From Planctomycetota bacterium (GTDB lineage Bacteria; Planctomycetota; MHYJ01; WSZJ01), in NCBI GenBank assembly GCA_038060895.1, contig JBBTCT010000024.1, forward strand, positions 96,001 through 160,000: DNA of 64,000 nt, written 5' to 3'. Made by a program: the position numbers and the translations under genes. Positions 17,703 through 27,847 of this stretch are shown here, in pieces. Each line of letters starts with the position of its first letter. The first letter of the stretch is position 1. Under the pieces are notes generated by a model. The model saw only the letters and a program-made list of their open reading frames with translations. It did no database searches and had not been told where the DNA came from.

Positions 17703-20396
17703 CTATCCGCCCCTCGGGATCGGCATCCACTTTCCTCCCTGCACGTTGAAGTACTCCAGCACTTCGACGGGCAGGTCGCCCGAGGGTTTTCCGTTCCCGA
17801 CGCCGTTGGGCCAGTACTGCGGGATCTTTCCGGCGCCGGTGCCCTCCTTGATGAAGTCAACGGAGCGCCCCATGGCTTCGGGACGGACGCGGACGGCTTG
17901 CCCGCCGCGGCGGACGGAGCCGACGACGCCGCCGTGCCCGAAGCTGGCGCCGCTCGTGGGACCGTCGAGGCGGCCCGATCCGGCGATGCTGCGCAGGCCG
18001 GCGGTGTCGGTGACGTGCATCGGCGGCATCGGTTTGCCCTGGTAGTACTTCGCAAGCGCGGCGTCGAGGGTCTTGCCGGCCGCCGCTTCGCGCTTGAGCG
18101 CCGCCTCGGTGATGTCGCGAAGGACGACCTCGCCGCTCTCGCCCGCCGCGGCGCGTTTGGCCGCGGCCTCGGCGGCCGCGCGGGACTCGGCGCCAAGGGC
18201 GGCGGCGGCCTCTTCGGATTTCATGCCGGCCTTGAGCATGCTCTCGCTCGCGGCGGCGGCGGCAGCCGTGGATTCGCGGGCGGTGGCGGCGGCGACGGTC
18301 TCCGAAGCGACGCGCGATCCGCCGCTGGCGACGCGGGGAATGAGATTGCCTCCCGCGCGGTTGACCCAGCCGAGCAGGGGCGCGACGACGCTCGAACCCA
18401 CTTCACGGAAAACGGGAGCCAGGAGGCCGTGCGCGATCCCGTTGAGCACCGCGCTCTCGGCCAGGTCGCCGAGGAGCCCGGGCCCGAGCCCGCGCAGGTG
18501 CGACTCGAGGTCCTTGCGCTTCTCGGCGTTGTCGTCCTTGGGAGGACCGAACAGATTGTCGAGCGCGCCGGCGGCCGCGTTGTAGGCCTCGGCGAGCTTG
18601 CAGTGGTAGCCGACGATGGGGCCGACGAGCCAGGCGTAGGGCATGACCTGAAGCGGGAGCAGGTACGAGCCCCACTTGAGCTTGCCGCAGAGGTCACGGA
18701 CGCGTTCTTCGGGAGTGCCGGTGGACCAGACGCCGCCGGAGCCGTCGGAGAGGATCCAGACGGCGGAAGGGCCGGGCGAGAGACGGAGGCCGAAGCGCGC
18801 CGAGGTTCCGTCGAGGGCGGTGACGTAGAGCGCGGACTTACCGTCCACCTTGTCGCTCCCGCCGGCAGGAGGATCCGGGGAGAACGCCTTCTTCGCGGCG
18901 AAGAGGCGCGAGACCGCTTCCCAGGACGTCGTGACGTTTTCGCCCAGCGCCACGGCGTCCTCGGCGCGGGCCCAGGCGATGGACCACGCCAGCGCCGCGC
19001 GGCCGCAGGCGTCGGCGGGACCGGAAACGGCGCCGCCGGGCTCGAGGACGTCGAGTCCCCTGAAGCGGAACATTTTCTCGCCCGCGACCCGCATCGACTC
19101 GTGCTCGAGCACGATCGACGGGCGTGCGCGGTGCGCGCGGGTGCCGGCGATTCCGGCGGTCGCGAGGGTGCTGAGTTCGTGGGCAGCTTCGACGAGGGCG
19201 ATGGCGCGCAGCGAGGCGATGTTGAAGGGCATCGCGTCCTTCGGGAAGTCGCCGCCTTCGGCCGGCTTCACGATCTTCGGGTCCCGCGGAGGCGTGACCA
19301 GCGCGCGGGCGATCGGCGCGAAGACGCTTTCCGTCATCGCGATGCGATCCGGGTCGTCAAAGCGTCCGGTGGTGACGGTCAGCCGCGCGAGCAAAGCGAG
19401 GCCGAGCCCGCGGTCGAATTCCGGCAACGCGGCGGGAAAGGAGACGAGCTGCCGCTCCCACGCGCGCGCTTCGTGCGGGCCTTTCAACTCGACGACGACG
19501 CGGACCTGGTCGATGACGCCCTTGGCGGTCTTCGCTTCGAACGCGGTTCCCTTGTGGACGTCCGATCCCACAAGGAGAAATGGGACGAAGCTGGCCAGCG
19601 TGACGGGCATATGGAGGTACGTGACCGCAACGCCGTGCAGGCGGCCCGCAGGAGCCGTGAACGCGAGCGCGAGTTCCTCCGCAGCCCCGCGGTGAACCGT
19701 CGCCCGGAACGACACGCTCCACATCCGCTTCTGCAGCTCGTCCGCGGAGAGCACGACCGCCGCGGCCTTCGCCGCTTCCGGAACCACCGTGTCCGCGAAC
19801 GCCAGGTCCTTCCAGCCCGCCCCTTCCTTCACCTGCACCCAGCAGACGTCCGGCCCCGCGAACGATCCCGTGCCCGAGGCCCACGCCGCCGCGTTCTTCT
19901 TCACCTGCTCCCACAGCGGAGGCAGCACTTCCGCAATCGACTTGCGCACCGACTCGCAGATCGGTTCAGGCACCGACACCGGAACCGCCGCTCCTTTCTC
20001 CGGCCACGCCACCTTCGCGCCCTTCGCCGCGTCGGCCACCATGATCCGCGCTTCCAGTTTCATCGCCGCGAGCACGGCGGCGAGGAAGCGCGCGCGGTCG
20101 AGTGTATTGACGGAAGTGCCTTCGCGGACGTCGGCGGGCTCGACGAAAGATCCGGCGTACGGGACGAGCGCGACGAGGTTTTCCACGTGGGCGCGCGCCG
20201 CTTCGGCGTCCGGCTCCGGAAGCGCGCGTGCGGCGGCGGCGGCGCCGTCGGTGCGGTTAAACGGGCCGGTCTGCTGGAGAAGCGCGAGGGCGCGGACGAA
20301 TTCCCAGCCCTCGTCCTCCTGCGCGACGGCGGCGGAGGGGAAGAGTGCGGCGAACGACATCGCCAGCAGCACGGCGAATGAACGGAGGTTCTGCAT
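17703..20396 (-). CDS. secreted protein with transglutaminase-like N-terminus and putative ART-like C-terminal domain
   Basis: Signal peptide; NTLDRARFLAAVL; C-terminal HVTDTAGLRSIAGSGRL. Confidence 0.65.
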   Translation of the reverse strand: MQNLRSFAVLLAMSFAALFPSAAVAQEDEGWEFVRALALLQQTGPFNRTDGAAAAARALPEPDAEAARAHVENLVALVPYAGSFVEPADVREGTSVNTLDRARFLAAVLAAMKLEARIMVADAAKGAKVAWPEKGAAVPVSVPEPICESVRKSIAEVLPPLWEQVKKNAAAWASGTGSFAGPDVCWVQVKEGAGWKDLAFADTVVPEAAKAAAVVLSADELQKRMWSVSFRATVHRGAAEELALAFTAPAGRLHGVAVTYLHMPVTLASFVPFLLVGSDVHKGTAFEAKTAKGVIDQVRVVVELKGPHEARAWERQLVSFPAALPEFDRGLGLALLARLTVTTGRFDDPDRIAMTESVFAPIARALVTPPRDPKIVKPAEGGDFPKDAMPFNIASLRAIALVEAAHELSTLATAGIAGTRAHRARPSIVLEHESMRVAGEKMFRFRGLDVLEPGGAVSGPADACGRAALAWSIAWARAEDAVALGENVTTSWEAVSRLFAAKKAFSPDPPAGGSDKVDGKSALYVTALDGTSARFGLRLSPGPSAVWILSDGSGGVWSTGTPEERVRDLCGKLKWGSYLLPLQVMPYAWLVGPIVGYHCKLAEAYNAAAGALDNLFGPPKDDNAEKRKDLESHLRGLGPGLLGDLAESAVLNGIAHGLLAPVFREVGSSVVAPLLGWVNRAGGNLIPRVASGGSRVASETVAAATARESTAAAAAASESMLKAGMKSEEAAAALGAESRAAAEAAAKRAAAGESGEVVLRDITEAALKREAAAGKTLDAALAKYYQGKPMPPMHVTDTAGLRSIAGSGRLDGPTSGASFGHGGVVGSVRRGGQAVRVRPEAMGRSVDFIKEGTGAGKIPQYWPNGVGNGKPSGDLPVEVLEYFNVQGGKWMPIPRGG

Positions 20397-20473
20397 GAAG
20401 TGGCTCCCTCGAGGATTCCGGTTCGAGGGGTCAGTCTAACTTCCGTCTGCGCCCCGGCTGCGGCATGAATAGA

Positions 20474-20503
20474 AACGACCCCTGTGGTGTCACAGGGGTC
20501 GTT
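20474..20503 (-). terminator. intrinsic terminator after the prepilin gene
   Basis: AACGACCCCTGTG-GTGT-CACAGGGGTCGTT, perfect 13-bp stem. Confidence 0.75.
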
Positions 20504-20519
20504 GTGAGTCGATCCGTTC

Positions 20520-21098
20520 TTACTTCGTGCCTGCCGGTGCTGCCCAGCCGGAGGTCGTCGAGCCGAGCAGTGCATCCACGACGCCCTGCGTCGGGGATCC
20601 GATCGCGAACACATCGACGCGGCCCTGGAAGAAGAGCACGTTGATGTCGTCGCCGGTCCCGTGGTTCGGGGTGCCGGCCTGGAGGTCATCGCAGCCCATG
20701 GGCAGGTCCGGCGGAGCGCCGTCCGTGATGCCCGTGGCCGTCCAGGTGTAGGTCGCGCCGCCGATGGGGGTGTACGAGCCGGCGCCGGTGATGCCCTTGT
20801 AGTGAGTGCCCGTGCCGCTCTTGCCGACGACCGCGCAGCGGAACAGGTTGCCGTCCGTCGCCATGTCAGGCCGCCAGAGGAGACCGAACCATGAAGCGGC
20901 GCCCGGGGTCGGGTAGGCCTTGAACTTGCCTTCGTAGAGGGCGTAGTAGATGCCCATCTGCTTCAAGCTGTTCTTGCAGTCCGTCTTGCGGCTGGACTTT
21001 CTGGCGGCGGCGAGGGCGGGGAGCAGAAGAGCTGCCAGGATGCCGATGATGGCGATAACGACGAGCAGTTCGATCAGGGTGAAGCCTTTTTTACGCAT
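20520..21098 (-). CDS. prepilin N-terminal methylation domain protein (DUF1559/H-X9-DG-like)
   Basis: [48 protein letters not shown]. Confidence 0.92.
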   Translation of the reverse strand: MRKKGFTLIELLVVIAIIGILAALLLPALAAARKSSRKTDCKNSLKQMGIYYALYEGKFKAYPTPGAASWFGLLWRPDMATDGNLFRCAVVGKSGTGTHYKGITGAGSYTPIGGATYTWTATGITDGAPPDLPMGCDDLQAGTPNHGTGDDINVLFFQGRVDVFAIGSPTQGVVDALLGSTTSGWAAPAGTK

Positions 21099-21435
21099 GG
21101 GTGAGTTCCTTGGAAAACGGATGCCAGTGGTTGGGTTGAGAGACGCAGTCACTGCGGGTTCGGTTGTCGTGGCCGCCTCGGAAGGATCTCGAAGTCCGGT
21201 TCCCTCGGCGCCCGACGTGGGGGCGGTCCGGGAAGCAGGCTGTCGTGGTGCGTCCCCGTTCGGGGAAGGGAGTCAGGGCGTCGCTGGCCGGCGATCCGAA
21301 TGCTCGGAATGAATGAATCGGATGAGATTGGGTGGGTGGCCTCGGCGACGACGTGTACGCCCGTTCGCTCAGATCTTCCAGTCGCGGTCCTGCGTGCCTC
21401 ATTTCTCGCAAAGATTGGGTTTAAGATCTTGAAGT

Positions 21436-21463
21436 ATTTTACGGAAAAAATGGATCAAGTCAA
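21436..21463 (-). promoter_or_regulatory. putative sigma70 promoter of the prepilin gene
   Basis: TTGACT-16 bp-TAAAAT in an AT-rich patch. Confidence 0.5.
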
Positions 21464-21627
21464 GGGAATTCATCGATTTTCACACGCTTCCGCCGACGCG
21501 GACGGAAGGCTAGTGGTGAGTCAGCTTTGATTCCGGCGGTTGCGTCCGAAGGACGCAACCGGTGGAATCAAGCGTGTCGAACCGCTAGAATTCCCCCCAA
21601 CGCGCCCATCACCCAAGGGAGAGATTC

Positions 21628-21735
21628 ATGCGATTCGCCGCCATCCTCCGGAAGGCCCTCATGCTCTTCGCACTCGCCAGCCTTGCCACCATGGCCGTGG
21701 GTTGCCCGCACGGCCGTCACTTCCACCATCACTAG
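21628..21735 (+). CDS. 35-aa micro-lipoprotein, mature part CPHGRHFHHH
   Basis: Manual translation MRFAAILRKALMLFALASLATMAVGCPHGRHFHHH*; AAGGGAGAG RBS; TAGAAT at 21586-21591; below the ORF-track cutoff. Confidence 0.72.
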   Translation: MRFAAILRKALMLFALASLATMAVGCPHGRHFHHH

Positions 21736-21749
21736 GCCGGGCCGCGCGG

Positions 21750-23492
21750 CTACTTCGCCGTCACCCAGACCGGGTTGGTCATTCCCCACGGCTTGAGCCG
21801 GCCGTGAGTGACCACGTCCGCCTCGAACCTCTCCCCCTCCGCAATCACCACGAACCAGCTGTCCCGGTCCGGGGAGAGGTTGACCTTCTGTTGGGCGAGC
21901 GGCTCGAGCGTCTTCACGGTCGTTCCGCGTTCAATCAGCAGGAGCCGCTTCACCGGAGCCCATGCCGGCGTGCGCAGCCGCAGCGTGAGTTCGACGGGGC
22001 CTCTGAGCTGGGAGCCGACGACCGAAACGCCCTTCGCGTCCTCGACGTCGAGCACCGGGCCGCATGAAATGACCAGCCGGTGCGCGCGGACGGCGGCGAC
22101 GAGCTCGGCTTCCGGCGGAAAGCCGTCCTTCCCCGTGATCACGTAGTTGCGCGGCCACCCGCCGTCCTCCGCGGCGAGCTTGTGCGAATCGGAGTTGCCC
22201 GTGGCGGTAAGGCGGTAGCCGGCGTTGAGAAGCGCGTACCAGTCGCGGAGGAGGAGGCCGACCGCGCGCGGGTCGGACTTGCCGTTCAGGATCTCCATTG
22301 CGTCGAAGCCGAGCTCGAAGCCGGCCTCGGGGCTCTTGAGCGTGGCCGGGTCGAACTTCATGATCTCGAAGTACCCGATGCCGCCGTCGCGGCCGTGATT
22401 GACCTGGAGCACGCGGCGTTCGCGCGGAGCGCGGGAGTCGGCGCGGGCGAGAAGAGCGCCGACGGGCATGTCGGTGACGTCGACGGCCTCCGTGAGCGGG
22501 AAAACATTGAAGTGCCCGATTCGGGGCTTCTGCGAAGTGATCTCGTCGCCGATCGACGAGCGGATCACCTTCTCCGCCCCGAGCGCCCGGATCGCAGGGC
22601 CGAAGTCGGTCGCGCGGTTGTGGTCGGTCGAAACGATCCACTCGACGCCCTCGGCCAGGTAACCGGTCACGCGATCCGGCAGCGGAATCCGCGAATCGGG
22701 GCTCGGGTCGGAGTGGACGTGGAAGTCGGCGCTGATCATTCCCGGGGTGTCGAAGGCGCGCTTCGGCTCCAGCGTCCGCGGGTCGCACGCCCACGGGCCG
22801 ACCTCAGCGGTGGCGACCTCGAATTCCGGCCCGCGCGACGCGGTGATCGTGAATGTCCCATCAGCGGGCAGGAGCAGCTCCGCCGTCCCGTCCGCGGTGA
22901 ACGCGCCGCGCCCCGCCGCCCGCGCGAGCCAGTCGGGGCCGAGGCGTGAGGCGCCCTTGACGAGGATCTTCGCCGGGCCGCCCGTCCGCACTTCGATCCT
23001 CCGCATGGGCGCGAGCCGGATGTTGCCGATCTCGAAGTCGTCGAGGTTGGCCGAGTTCACGTCCTTCCCCGCGGCAACGGAGATGCGCGCGCCCTCTTCG
23101 AGTTTCGCTCCCGCCAGAGGCACCCAGGCCGCGTGAGTCGTGCTTCCCTCGGGCCCGGCGTAATCGTTCAGGCGGGCGACGGCCACGCCGTTGATGCGCA
23201 CTTCATCGACGTAAGCGCCCTCCTCGTATTCGCGGTTGTTCGCGTCAACGACGTGACGCACGTCCGCGACAAGTCCCCAGAACAGCCCCGCGGGAAGCGC
23301 GGGCAATTTCGGGATCTCGGCCGACCATTCGGGGCCCAGCGGTTTCTTCGGCGAGAAACTATCGGCTGCGTTGTCGCCGAGGTGGTGCTGCCCTGCGTCG
23401 AGCAGGACAGGGCCCGGGCCGGGCGCCGGCGGCTCGGCGAGCGCGATGGCAAACAAGGTTGAAGCGACGCTGACTGTTCGCGGAATCCGCAT
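21750..23492 (-). CDS. CehA/McbA-like PHP-domain metallohydrolase, exported
   Basis: ADFHVHS, STDHN, GHFNVFP, NHGR, GNSDSH, TNPVWV. Confidence 0.88.
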   Translation of the reverse strand: MRIPRTVSVASTLFAIALAEPPAPGPGPVLLDAGQHHLGDNAADSFSPKKPLGPEWSAEIPKLPALPAGLFWGLVADVRHVVDANNREYEEGAYVDEVRINGVAVARLNDYAGPEGSTTHAAWVPLAGAKLEEGARISVAAGKDVNSANLDDFEIGNIRLAPMRRIEVRTGGPAKILVKGASRLGPDWLARAAGRGAFTADGTAELLLPADGTFTITASRGPEFEVATAEVGPWACDPRTLEPKRAFDTPGMISADFHVHSDPSPDSRIPLPDRVTGYLAEGVEWIVSTDHNRATDFGPAIRALGAEKVIRSSIGDEITSQKPRIGHFNVFPLTEAVDVTDMPVGALLARADSRAPRERRVLQVNHGRDGGIGYFEIMKFDPATLKSPEAGFELGFDAMEILNGKSDPRAVGLLLRDWYALLNAGYRLTATGNSDSHKLAAEDGGWPRNYVITGKDGFPPEAELVAAVRAHRLVISCGPVLDVEDAKGVSVVGSQLRGPVELTLRLRTPAWAPVKRLLLIERGTTVKTLEPLAQQKVNLSPDRDSWFVVIAEGERFEADVVTHGRLKPWGMTNPVWVTAK

Positions 23493-23670
23493 GCACCCGG
23501 GAGTGTACGTTCGGGACGAATCGGTGCCGCTTCGAATCGACCCGGCGCCTCATCCCGGCTTTCCCGATATGGCTCTATGGATCGAATCGACGCGAGCGTA
23601 CGCTACTTGGCGCTCCGCGGCGCTTCTCGTTCCTTCTCCAGTCTCCGCCAGACTCGAAAGGCCAATCCTC

Positions 23671-26016
23671 ATGGAAACGACTCCCGCTGCCCCTTTCGAT
23701 GCCCTGCCCGGGTTTCCTGTCCGCCTGTTTACTTCCGTCATTGTCCTGAGCGTGCTTGCACTCGGGTTTTTCATCCTCGGCAACGTCTATGACCGCCGAT
23801 TCGCCAACGAGGACGTTCCGCGCCTCCGGAAGCTGACCGAGTTGAGCGGTGCCATCGTCCACCTCGACGAAGTGCTGACGATGAGCGCCCGGATGGCGTC
23901 CGCAACGGGGGACCCCGCCTGGGAAGCCCGTTACCGGGAATTCGAGCCGAAACTCGACGAGGCGATCAAAGAAGCCCGGCTGCTGGCGGTCACGCTGAAG
24001 AGCGAGGACATCCGCAGAACTGACGAGGCCAACACGCTGCTCGTCGATATGGAGCACCGCGCCTTCGAGCTGGTCCGGCTGGGCCGGCGCGAAGAGGCCG
24101 CGGGGATTCTGCAGGGAGAAAAGTACGCTGTCCAGAAAGCCATCTACGCGAACGGAATCCTGGCGCTGAAGAGGACGCTGGAGCAAGAAGCGGATCGCGC
24201 GGTGGAGAATGCCGGAAACCGCTTCTTTGCCGAGATGATCCCGATTTTCGTGGTCCTGCCGCTCCTGGTCGGCACCTGGTACATGACCGTGCGGAAGATC
24301 GGCCTCTGGCGATCCGCCATGGTGAGCCTGAACACGCGCGTTGTGGAGCGGACGGCCGAGCTTGAGAAGCTGAACCGCGAGCTCGACTCGCGCGTCGCGG
24401 ACCGGACGGAGGGCCTGCGACAGAGCGAGGAACGCTTCCGCCAGCTCGTCGCGCACTTGCACGACGTTTTCTGGATGCGGAGCGTGGATCTTTCGAACGT
24501 GATCTACGTCAGTCCGGCCTACGAGGAAATCTGGGGGCGGTCCTGCGCGTCGCTGGAGGCGGATCCGGGTTCGTGGAAGCGCGCGGTTTCCGAGGGAACG
24601 CGACATGACGCGGAGTCGCTCTTCGTGCAGGCGGCGAAGGGAGAGATGGCCGTGGCCGAATACGAGATTGAGCGGCCCGACGGCTCAAAGCGCTGGATCC
24701 ATGACCAGGCGTTTCCGATCAAGGACATCGCCGGGAGCGTTTACAGGATCGGGGGCATGGCGGAGGACATCACGGAGAAGCGGAATGCGGAGGAGATGTT
24801 GCGCCAGTCGCAGAAGATGCAGGCCATTGGCCGCCTCGCCGGGGGGATCGCGCACGACTTCAACAATCTGCTGACCGTCATCCTTGGGTACGCGGCGGCG
24901 GTGCAGGAAGGGTTCGCGGAAGGATCGGGAGGCCACGCCGACGTATCGGAGATCATCAAGGCCGGCGAGCGCGCTTCGAGCCTGACGCGGCAGCTCCTCG
25001 TCTTCAGCCGCAAACAGGTCGTCCAGCCGAGAAAGCTGGACCTGAACACGGTCATTTCTGAAATGGAGAAAATGCTGCGCCGGCTGATCGGCGAGGACAT
25101 CCAGTTCAACGCGGTCCTGCGGCAGGGGCTCTGGACGGTGCGCACGGACCCCAGCCAGATCCAGCAGGTAGTGATGAACCTGGTTCTGAACGCGCGGGAC
25201 GCGATGCCCGACGGCGGCGCGCTCACGGTCGAGACAGCCAACGTGACGCTCGAAGCGGAACTGTCAAGTCGCTACGGACTCGCCGCCGGGGAGTATGTCC
25301 TGCTCGCCGTCACCGACACCGGGTCGGGGATGACGCCCGAAACCAGGGCACGCCTGTTCGAGCCGTTCTTCACGACCAAGGCCCCCGGACAGGGCACGGG
25401 CCTCGGGCTTTCGACCGTATACGGGATCGTGAGCCAGAGCAGCGGACAGGTCACCGTTTATACGGAGGTCGGCAAGGGTTCGACCTTCAAGGTCTATTTC
25501 CCGCGCATCCTGGAAGGCCAGGACTCAAGTCCCGCCTCCACCATCGCCTCTGCCTCACGAGGCCGCGAACGGCTCCTGGTCGTGGAGGACGAGGACATGG
25601 TGCGCCAGCTCATCAAGGTCCGCCTCGCCGCCCAGGGTTACGAGATCCATGTTGCGCGCAACGGGGTCGAAGCGCTCGCCATCCATGCCGCCACGCCCAC
25701 GAGATTCGACCTGGTCATCACCGACGTCGTTATGCCGCAGCTCGGCGGAGTCGAGCTGGCCCGCCGGCTCGCGGAGACATCTCCCGGCCTGCGCGTCCTC
25801 TTCATGTCCGGCTACCCCGACGGCGCGATCGTCCAGCAGGGTGAATTGCCGGAGGAGACGCCCTTCCTGCAGAAGCCGTTCGCTACCGCGGACCTGCTGT
25901 GCAAGGTTCGGGCGACGCTGGACTCACCCGCCATGAGCCTCGCGAGTCTCCTGCAAGGGCAAGGTCCCGCGGCGGCGGTGCCAAAGCCAGCGAGACAGCA
26001 AGGGGAACTCCCATAG
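23671..26016 (+). CDS. membrane hybrid sensor kinase (TM-sensor-TM-PAS-HisKA-HATPase-REC)
   Basis: Two TM segments, [31 protein letters not shown]; start uncertain. Confidence 0.92.
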   Translation: METTPAAPFDALPGFPVRLFTSVIVLSVLALGFFILGNVYDRRFANEDVPRLRKLTELSGAIVHLDEVLTMSARMASATGDPAWEARYREFEPKLDEAIKEARLLAVTLKSEDIRRTDEANTLLVDMEHRAFELVRLGRREEAAGILQGEKYAVQKAIYANGILALKRTLEQEADRAVENAGNRFFAEMIPIFVVLPLLVGTWYMTVRKIGLWRSAMVSLNTRVVERTAELEKLNRELDSRVADRTEGLRQSEERFRQLVAHLHDVFWMRSVDLSNVIYVSPAYEEIWGRSCASLEADPGSWKRAVSEGTRHDAESLFVQAAKGEMAVAEYEIERPDGSKRWIHDQAFPIKDIAGSVYRIGGMAEDITEKRNAEEMLRQSQKMQAIGRLAGGIAHDFNNLLTVILGYAAAVQEGFAEGSGGHADVSEIIKAGERASSLTRQLLVFSRKQVVQPRKLDLNTVISEMEKMLRRLIGEDIQFNAVLRQGLWTVRTDPSQIQQVVMNLVLNARDAMPDGGALTVETANVTLEAELSSRYGLAAGEYVLLAVTDTGSGMTPETRARLFEPFFTTKAPGQGTGLGLSTVYGIVSQSSGQVTVYTEVGKGSTFKVYFPRILEGQDSSPASTIASASRGRERLLVVEDEDMVRQLIKVRLAAQGYEIHVARNGVEALAIHAATPTRFDLVITDVVMPQLGGVELARRLAETSPGLRVLFMSGYPDGAIVQQGELPEETPFLQKPFATADLLCKVRATLDSPAMSLASLLQGQGPAAAVPKPARQQGELP

Positions 26017-26092
26017 GCCGGAAGTGTACGACCCGGCCGCACATCCCCATCCCGCCCTCACCCCATCCCCTTCCGTTTCTTATCATACCCCC

Positions 26093-27847
26093 GTGCCCTC
26101 CGACTCCCTCACCCTCCGACAGGCCGTCGTTCTCGGCTATCTCACTGAGGACGAGTACCGAGCTGTCCTGGACCGCTCCGGCGACCCTTCCCAGGCCATC
26201 GCGGAGCTCGTGACCTCGGGAAGACTCTCGAAGTCGCAGCTCGACCTCGCGCGCAGCAGCTCGGACGCGGGCCAGATGACCCAGCGCGCTTCCAACAGCC
26301 CGACGCTCGTCGTGAAATCGAATTCCGGCACTCCCGCCGAGGACCCCGGGCTCATCGGCCGCACGATCGGCGGTTGCCGCATCGAAGGCGCGATCGGCGC
26401 CGGCGGCATGGGCGCCGTTTACCGCGCGCGCCACCTCGGGCTCGACAAGATCGTCGCCGTCAAGATCCTCCCGCCCCATTTCGCGCGCTCGCAGGAAATG
26501 ATCGACCGGTTCCAGCGCGAAGCGCGCGCCGTCGCGAAACTCGACCACCCGAACATCGTCGGCGTGCTCAACGTCGGCTTCGAAAGCGGCCTGCACTTCA
26601 TCGTCATGCCCGTCATCGAGGGTGCGAGCCTCACGGACCGCCTCGGCCGCGGAAAAGTCGCGCCGGATGAAACGATCCGGCTCGCGCGCGGCATCGCCGA
26701 AGGCCTCGCGCAGGCCCACCGGAACGGGATCGTCCACCGCGACGTGAAGCCGGACAACATCCTCGTCTCGGGAAGCGGCCTGGCAAAACTCATCGACTTC
26801 GGCCTCGCCCGCGAAGGCGGCGCTTCCGGCCTCACCGAAGCCGGCCAGCTTCTGGGCACGCCGCATTACATGTCGCCGGAGCAGTGCCGCGGGGAAGCGG
26901 CGGACGCGCGAAGCGACGTCTACGCGCTGGGCGCGACGATGTACCACGCGCTGACGGGGCGGCTGCCGTACGAAGCGAAGTCGCTGTACGAGCTGCTGGA
27001 CTCGATCGTGAAGACGCGGCCGAAGGCGCCTCACGAGGTCGCGCCCGAGGTCCCGAAGAACCTGTCGATGTTCGTGCTGTGGATGATGGAGGCGGACCGG
27101 GCGCACCGGCCGGGGACGATGGAGGAGGTGGCGAAGGGTCTCGCGGCTCTGGAACGCGGATCGATGGTGGCGGTGCCGGCGCTCACGCGGCCGGGTGGTT
27201 CGGCGGCGCGGCCGTTCGTGCTGACCGCCATCCTCCTCGTTCTGGTCGGCGTCGCGACCGCAATCTTTGCGAAGCTCTCCTCCAGACCGGACAAGGCGCC
27301 CCGTGATCTCTCCGCGCCGCGCGCCGCGACGCTGGCCCCCCGCAAGGCCCGGCCGCCGCTTCGCCCGCGCTCGGACAAGCACCGGCCGTTTTCCAACACC
27401 GAGAAGTCCTCCATCACGATCCTCGTCGATCCCCCGGATGCCATCGCGACGATCGACAACCAGTACGCCACGACCAGCCTCACCGGCGTCAACGGGCGAT
27501 GCGAGTTCGACAGCATCTACGTCGGGTCGGCCCTGATCCAGGTCCAGGCGCCGGGCTTCGAGCCGTATGAGGAAGACACGCACATTTTCGCGAAGAGCAA
27601 CGGCATGCGCAGCATCCCGCTCGCCCCGATCGCGGCCGACGTCCACTTCGATACTTCCCCGCCGGGAGTCCGGGTCACCCTGGACGGCAAGCCCCACGAA
27701 ACGCCGACGCCCGCCGTCCTCAAGGCCGTTCCCGTCGGCGACCACGCCTACCGCCTCTCGATGCCGGGATACGAGGACATCGAAGGGAAATTCACGGTCG
27801 ACTGGTCCGAACCGTTTTACTTCACCGCGGAGCTGCAGAAAAAGTGA
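26093..27847 (+). CDS. Ser/Thr protein kinase with TM and PEGA-like domains
   Basis: GAGGMGAVY, VAVK, HRDVKPDN, DFG, GTPHYMSPE; SPPGVRVTLDG. Confidence 0.94.
   Translation: MPSDSLTLRQAVVLGYLTEDEYRAVLDRSGDPSQAIAELVTSGRLSKSQLDLARSSSDAGQMTQRASNSPTLVVKSNSGTPAEDPGLIGRTIGGCRIEGAIGAGGMGAVYRARHLGLDKIVAVKILPPHFARSQEMIDRFQREARAVAKLDHPNIVGVLNVGFESGLHFIVMPVIEGASLTDRLGRGKVAPDETIRLARGIAEGLAQAHRNGIVHRDVKPDNILVSGSGLAKLIDFGLAREGGASGLTEAGQLLGTPHYMSPEQCRGEAADARSDVYALGATMYHALTGRLPYEAKSLYELLDSIVKTRPKAPHEVAPEVPKNLSMFVLWMMEADRAHRPGTMEEVAKGLAALERGSMVAVPALTRPGGSAARPFVLTAILLVLVGVATAIFAKLSSRPDKAPRDLSAPRAATLAPRKARPPLRPRSDKHRPFSNTEKSSITILVDPPDAIATIDNQYATTSLTGVNGRCEFDSIYVGSALIQVQAPGFEPYEEDTHIFAKSNGMRSIPLAPIAADVHFDTSPPGVRVTLDGKPHETPTPAVLKAVPVGDHAYRLSMPGYEDIEGKFTVDWSEPFYFTAELQKK

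Noticed and set aside
17898-20381. 827-aa plus-strand ORF, and similar long shadow ORFs such as 25883..27745, 35706..37724, 12406..13857 and 50197..51705
   Set aside because: Antisense shadows of real genes, expected in high-GC DNA; no motifs
21240-21280. Possible c-di-GMP-I riboswitch (hairpin followed by GACGCA on the minus strand)
   Set aside because: Lacks the GGCAAA and GCAAAG conserved segments; kept only as an unassigned leader
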